IMG/VR virus record: IMGVR_UViG_3300045988_123498
Origin: a virus
Direction: 5' to 3' (one strand)
Length of the DNA stretch: 55,256 bases
The position numbers and the translations under genes are program-made. The notes beneath the pieces are model-generated. The model searched no databases. It worked only from the letters and a program-made list of their open reading frames with translations, and was not told where the DNA came from. Below are positions 52,915-55,256 of the stretch, piece after piece. Within the stretch, counting starts at the first letter, position 1. Every line of letters begins with the position of its first letter.

Positions 52915-53637
52915 TTAATAAGAATTGTTAAAATTGTATACAGGGTCGCTACTATATGAAAATACCAGCACCGGATACCCGTGCTTTGACTTTTCGTAAT
53001 GATACACAATATCAAGACCATCACCAGAACGTCCATACTCCTTGGACGTCCAGCCGACTATATCTCCAATATCTGAACCATCTTTATCTAGATACGCATA
53101 GAACTCATTTAATGAACACGCATCATAATTCATTATGTCTCTATTTACACTATTAATAGCTCGTTCGAGACTTAAGATATTCGAATAAAAATATCTTCCA
53201 GAATACGAGTCATAGCACATCATCTCATCCATCTGGCGTATGTCATTAGGCGAAGGCGTTGAATCATTGGAATCCATAGATTTCTTATTAGCTTTCTCTT
53301 GTATCGTGTCCTTAACTTCGTTAGAAACCGTGTCTGCAACCGCAGATTTATAACTAGAGAGCGCATTCTGTGTCACTCCAACCAGCGTAGACGTAGCTAC
53401 GATTGAATTATTTAATCCAATAGCACCTGCGATTATCGCTCCTGACGACGTAACAACATTAATCGCGACAGGAATATAGCTCTTCCATGTGCTCTTTATT
53501 TTTTCTTTTCTGGAAATCAACTTATCAGAATACAAATTAGCGTGCTTTTTGCCAATGTTGAAAAGCTGGATTCCAGAAAATATCAATCCACCGATTCCAG
53601 CTCCAATTAAAATGTTAGATTTTAACCTGTTATTCAC
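52915..53637 (-). CDS. Two-TM protein, paralog family (see 48760..49629)
   Basis: 240 aa with a GTG start at 53637. Motifs KSYIPVAINV...SSYKSAV...LNEFYAYL...IVGWTSK. Confidence 0.8.
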   Translation of the reverse strand: MNNRLKSNILIGAGIGGLIFSGIQLFNIGKKHANLYSDKLISRKEKIKSTWKSYIPVAINVVTSSGAIIAGAIGLNNSIVATSTLVGVTQNALSSYKSAVADTVSNEVKDTIQEKANKKSMDSNDSTPSPNDIRQMDEMMCYDSYSGRYFYSNILSLERAINSVNRDIMNYDACSLNEFYAYLDKDGSDIGDIVGWTSKEYGRSGDGLDIVYHYEKSKHGYPVLVFSYSSDPVYNFNNSY

Positions 53638-53705
53638 TTTTGAAACAATAGAACAGACTGTTTAATCTGTTCTATTTTACCTCCAATCTTATTTTTCTTT
53701 GAATG

Positions 53706-54008
53706 TTACTTCGTCAACTTCTTAAACAAACTCTTTGCTGCTTCCGAAGTGAACATACTATCACCGCTGTATTCGACGAACAGCGACAGCAAAAATACAA
53801 ACGTACTCACCCCTATAGGGACGAGTGACGAAACAATCTCTCTACGCTTTGTATAAGCGTCGGTCGATTTAATTATTGCCTCTCTAATCCTTATTAGTCT
53901 AGTTAGTATTTTGTCATATTTGTCGTCGTTTACGTCAAGCTTATTAAGCTCGGTCAATAGTCTTCGCTCCTCCGCTTTGAGAGCCTGAAAATTCGTTTTT
54001 TTCTTCAT
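53706..54008 (-). CDS. 100-aa C-terminally TM-anchored protein
   Basis: Start at ATG 54008 after GGAGGAGTTT. The track start 54080 runs through cassette K. Confidence 0.8.
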   Translation of the reverse strand: MKKKTNFQALKAEERRLLTELNKLDVNDDKYDKILTRLIRIREAIIKSTDAYTKRREIVSSLVPIGVSTFVFLLSLFVEYSGDSMFTSEAAKSLFKKLTK

Positions 54009-54032
54009 AAACTCCTCCAAAAATATAATTTT

Positions 54033-54101
54033 GGTATTTATCCCATAAAACAACATGTTTTTCTGGTAAAACAAGAACACCCACTGTATTTCAAGTGAGT
54101 G
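54033..54101 (-). promoter_or_regulatory. Terminator-promoter cassette K (hairpin 54078..54101)
   Basis: Minus strand reads CACTCACT-tgaaatac-AGTGGGTG TTCTTGTTT TACCAGAAAAACATGTTGTTTTATGGGATAAATACC. Confidence 0.6.
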
Positions 54102-54124
54102 CCCCGTTTTGGGTTTTAAACTTC

Positions 54125-54316
54125 TTAGTTGATATTCGTCTGGTTTGTAATTATTTCACTCAGACCATACGAAACGTCAGTTAATAGACTGAGGATGTCC
54201 CTATATTGATTATCTAGAATCTGCGCGGAGTTTCTCATACTCCACAGATTCTGAATCACCAATATATTTGCGGTGATGCATTCCTCATATTGTTTCTTCG
54301 TCTTTTCGTCGTTCAT
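54125..54316 (-). CDS. 63-aa hypothetical protein
   Basis: Start at ATG 54316 after GGAGGATTTATGTT. The track start 54391 runs through cassette L. Confidence 0.75.
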   Translation of the reverse strand: MNDEKTKKQYEECITANILVIQNLWSMRNSAQILDNQYRDILSLLTDVSYGLSEIITNQTNIN

Positions 54317-54342
54317 AACATAAATCCTCCAAATATAAATTA

Positions 54343-54412
54343 GGAAATAATTCCCATAACAGTACATGTTTTTCACGTTAAAATGAAACACCCACTGTAT
54401 TTCAAGTGAGTG
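54343..54412 (-). promoter_or_regulatory. Terminator-promoter cassette L (hairpin 54389..54412)
   Basis: Hairpin plus TTTAACGTGAAAAACATGTACTGTTATGGGAATTATTTCC. Confidence 0.55.
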
Positions 54413-54429
54413 CGCTCATGGTTAACACC

Positions 54430-54600
54430 TTATCTTTTTCTTTTTCTTGTTCTTATTTTTTCAGCGATATGCATAATTATAACGCTTAATGAAAATATCT
54501 CCATCAATGTTAGTAACGCGTACAGATATACGCCTACAAACAAACTTCCTGTGTTATTATAAATAATTTCCACAAGCGCTTTCCATGCTCCGGTGAACAT
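54430..54600 (-). CDS. 56-aa membrane peptide with a basic tail
   Basis: MFTGAWKALVEIIYNNTGSLFVGVYLYALLTLMEIFSLSVIIMHIAEKIRTRKRKR. RBS is GGAGGATTATT. Confidence 0.55.
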   Translation of the reverse strand: MFTGAWKALVEIIYNNTGSLFVGVYLYALLTLMEIFSLSVIIMHIAEKIRTRKRKR

Positions 54601-54626
54601 AATAATCCTCCAATAAAAATATAATT

Positions 54627-54695
54627 TTGGTATTTATCCCATAAAACGACCTGTTTTTCTTGTCAAACAAGAACACCCACTGTATTTCAAGTGAG
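54627..54695 (-). promoter_or_regulatory. Terminator-promoter cassette M (hairpin 54672..54695)
   Basis: Hairpin plus TTGACAAGAAAAACAGGTCGTTTTATGGGATAAATACC. Confidence 0.6.
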
Positions 54696-54716
54696 TGCCT
54701 TTGGTTTTGATAATCC

Positions 54717-54857
54717 TTATTTTTTCTTTACACCATGAATGTAAATTCGTCTAACTTCCTCTTTTATCATCTTACGTTGTTGTTTTTTGTTTCCTATTGC
54801 GCTTAGCACGCCTCCAGCAAAAGAACATACAAGTCCGATAATAATTAAAGTTGCCAT
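54717..54857 (-). CDS. ~46-aa single-TM peptide (3' end approximate)
   Basis: ATG 54857 follows GGAGGAAACAGTT. It reads MATLIIIGLVCSFAGGVLSAIGNKKQQRKMIKEEVRRIYIHGVKKK. The stop lies in a long A/T run that I could not place exactly by eye. Confidence 0.35.
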   Translation of the reverse strand: MATLIIIGLVCSFAGGVLSAIGNKKQQRKMIKEEVRRIYIHGVKKK

Positions 54858-54890
54858 AACTGTTTCCTCCAAGTTATAAAAATATTATTA

Positions 54891-54959
54891 GGATTTTATC
54901 CCATAATAGTACATGTTTTTTTCGTCAAAAAGGAACACCCACTGTATTTCAAGTGAGTG
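54891..54959 (-). promoter_or_regulatory. Terminator-promoter cassette N (hairpin 54936..54959)
   Basis: Hairpin plus TTGACGAAAAAAACATGTACTATTATGGGATAAAATCC. Confidence 0.6.
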
Positions 54960-54960
54960 C

Positions 54961-55032
54961 CCAAAGGAAAATTAAAATATGAAACTTTATTTTATTACAT
55001 AAGTTTCCTCCTTTCATAATAAAACTATATCA
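54961..55032 (-). ncRNA. Candidate small RNA: a complete promoter-to-terminator unit without a credible ORF
   Basis: Only ~72 nt lie between cassette O and the hairpin of cassette N. They contain the stem GAAACTT-atgtaataaaata-AAGTTTC, and SD-ATG-TAA sits in its loop. Confidence 0.3.
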
Positions 55033-55101
55033 TATATTTACTCCATAATATACTATGTTTTTTTCGTCAAAAAGGAACACCCACTGTATTTCAAGTGAGT
55101 G
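55033..55101 (-). promoter_or_regulatory. Terminator-promoter cassette O (hairpin 55078..55101)
   Basis: Hairpin plus TTGACGAAAAAAACATAGTATATTATGGAGTAAATATA. Confidence 0.6.
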
Positions 55102-55120
55102 CCTTTTCGGTTTACCTTTT

Positions 55121-55186
55121 TTATTTTTGTCCGTTAGATACTATCAAATATACTCCCATGACTAAGAGTATTATACCAAGAATCAT
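55121..55186 (-). CDS. 21-aa hydrophobic peptide
   Basis: MILGIILLVMGVYLIVSNGQK. RBS is GGAGGAAAGAT. It is driven by cassette A across the genome junction and terminated by cassette O. Confidence 0.4.
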   Translation of the reverse strand: MILGIILLVMGVYLIVSNGQK

Positions 55187-55256
55187 ATCTTTCCTCCTAC
55201 AATATTTATTAGGTATTTATCCCATAATATACGATGTTTTTATCGTCAAAAAAAAG
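55170..55256. repeat. Terminal direct repeat, right copy (identical to 1..87)
   Basis: Exact 87-nt match to the window start. Confidence 0.9.

Noticed and set aside
54600-54857. A possible longer (~85-aa) minus-strand reading frame starts at ATG 54857 and runs through cassette M.
   Set aside because: My hand count of the A/T run near 54715..54725 left the frame open. However, no such ORF appears in the supplied six-frame track. The peptide sensibly ends (...HGVKKK) just before the terminator, so I report it as a ~46-aa ORF with an approximate 3' end.

Overview
The window is a complete or terminally redundant genome of a tailed dsDNA phage with a siphovirus-type tail module. Its first 87 nt recur exactly as its last 87 nt, so the unit genome is about 55,169 bp. 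The host is probably a low-GC Gram-positive bacterium, judging from GGAGG Shine-Dalgarno sites, a phiLC3-type holin, a GH25 lysin with a PG-binding domain, and an AT-rich genome. All credible genes (about 75 CDS plus one tRNA-Leu) lie on the minus strand, and the plus-strand track ORFs look like shadow ORFs.

Layout in transcription order (descending coordinates, wrapping through the junction):
1. Early region, about 7 kb (2712->1 and 55256->50864). It holds very small genes, many encoding single-helix membrane peptides. Nearly every gene is bracketed by one of 15 copies of a sequence-conserved terminator-hairpin plus promoter-like cassette.
2. Replication and nucleotide-metabolism block (50.5->35 kb). 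It contains a ThyX-like protein, DUF3310, a 1305-aa helicase-primase-PolB fusion, MazG, SSB, an SF2 helicase, paralog arrays and a class II RNR.
3. An iteron and inverted-repeat region, then tRNA-Leu(UAA), two PD-(D/E)xK nucleases, and a 970-aa protein carrying beta-like and beta-prime-like (DFDGD) RNA-polymerase barrel signatures.
4. A 620-bp non-coding hub.
5. Late block (29.6->2.46 kb). It contains a mosaic receptor-binding protein, endolysin, HNH, TerL, portal, a protease-capsid fusion, major tail protein, a 2515-aa tape measure, distal tail proteins and holin.

I saw no integrase or repressor, so the phage is probably virulent. All function calls rest on motif recognition by eye; no database search was run.
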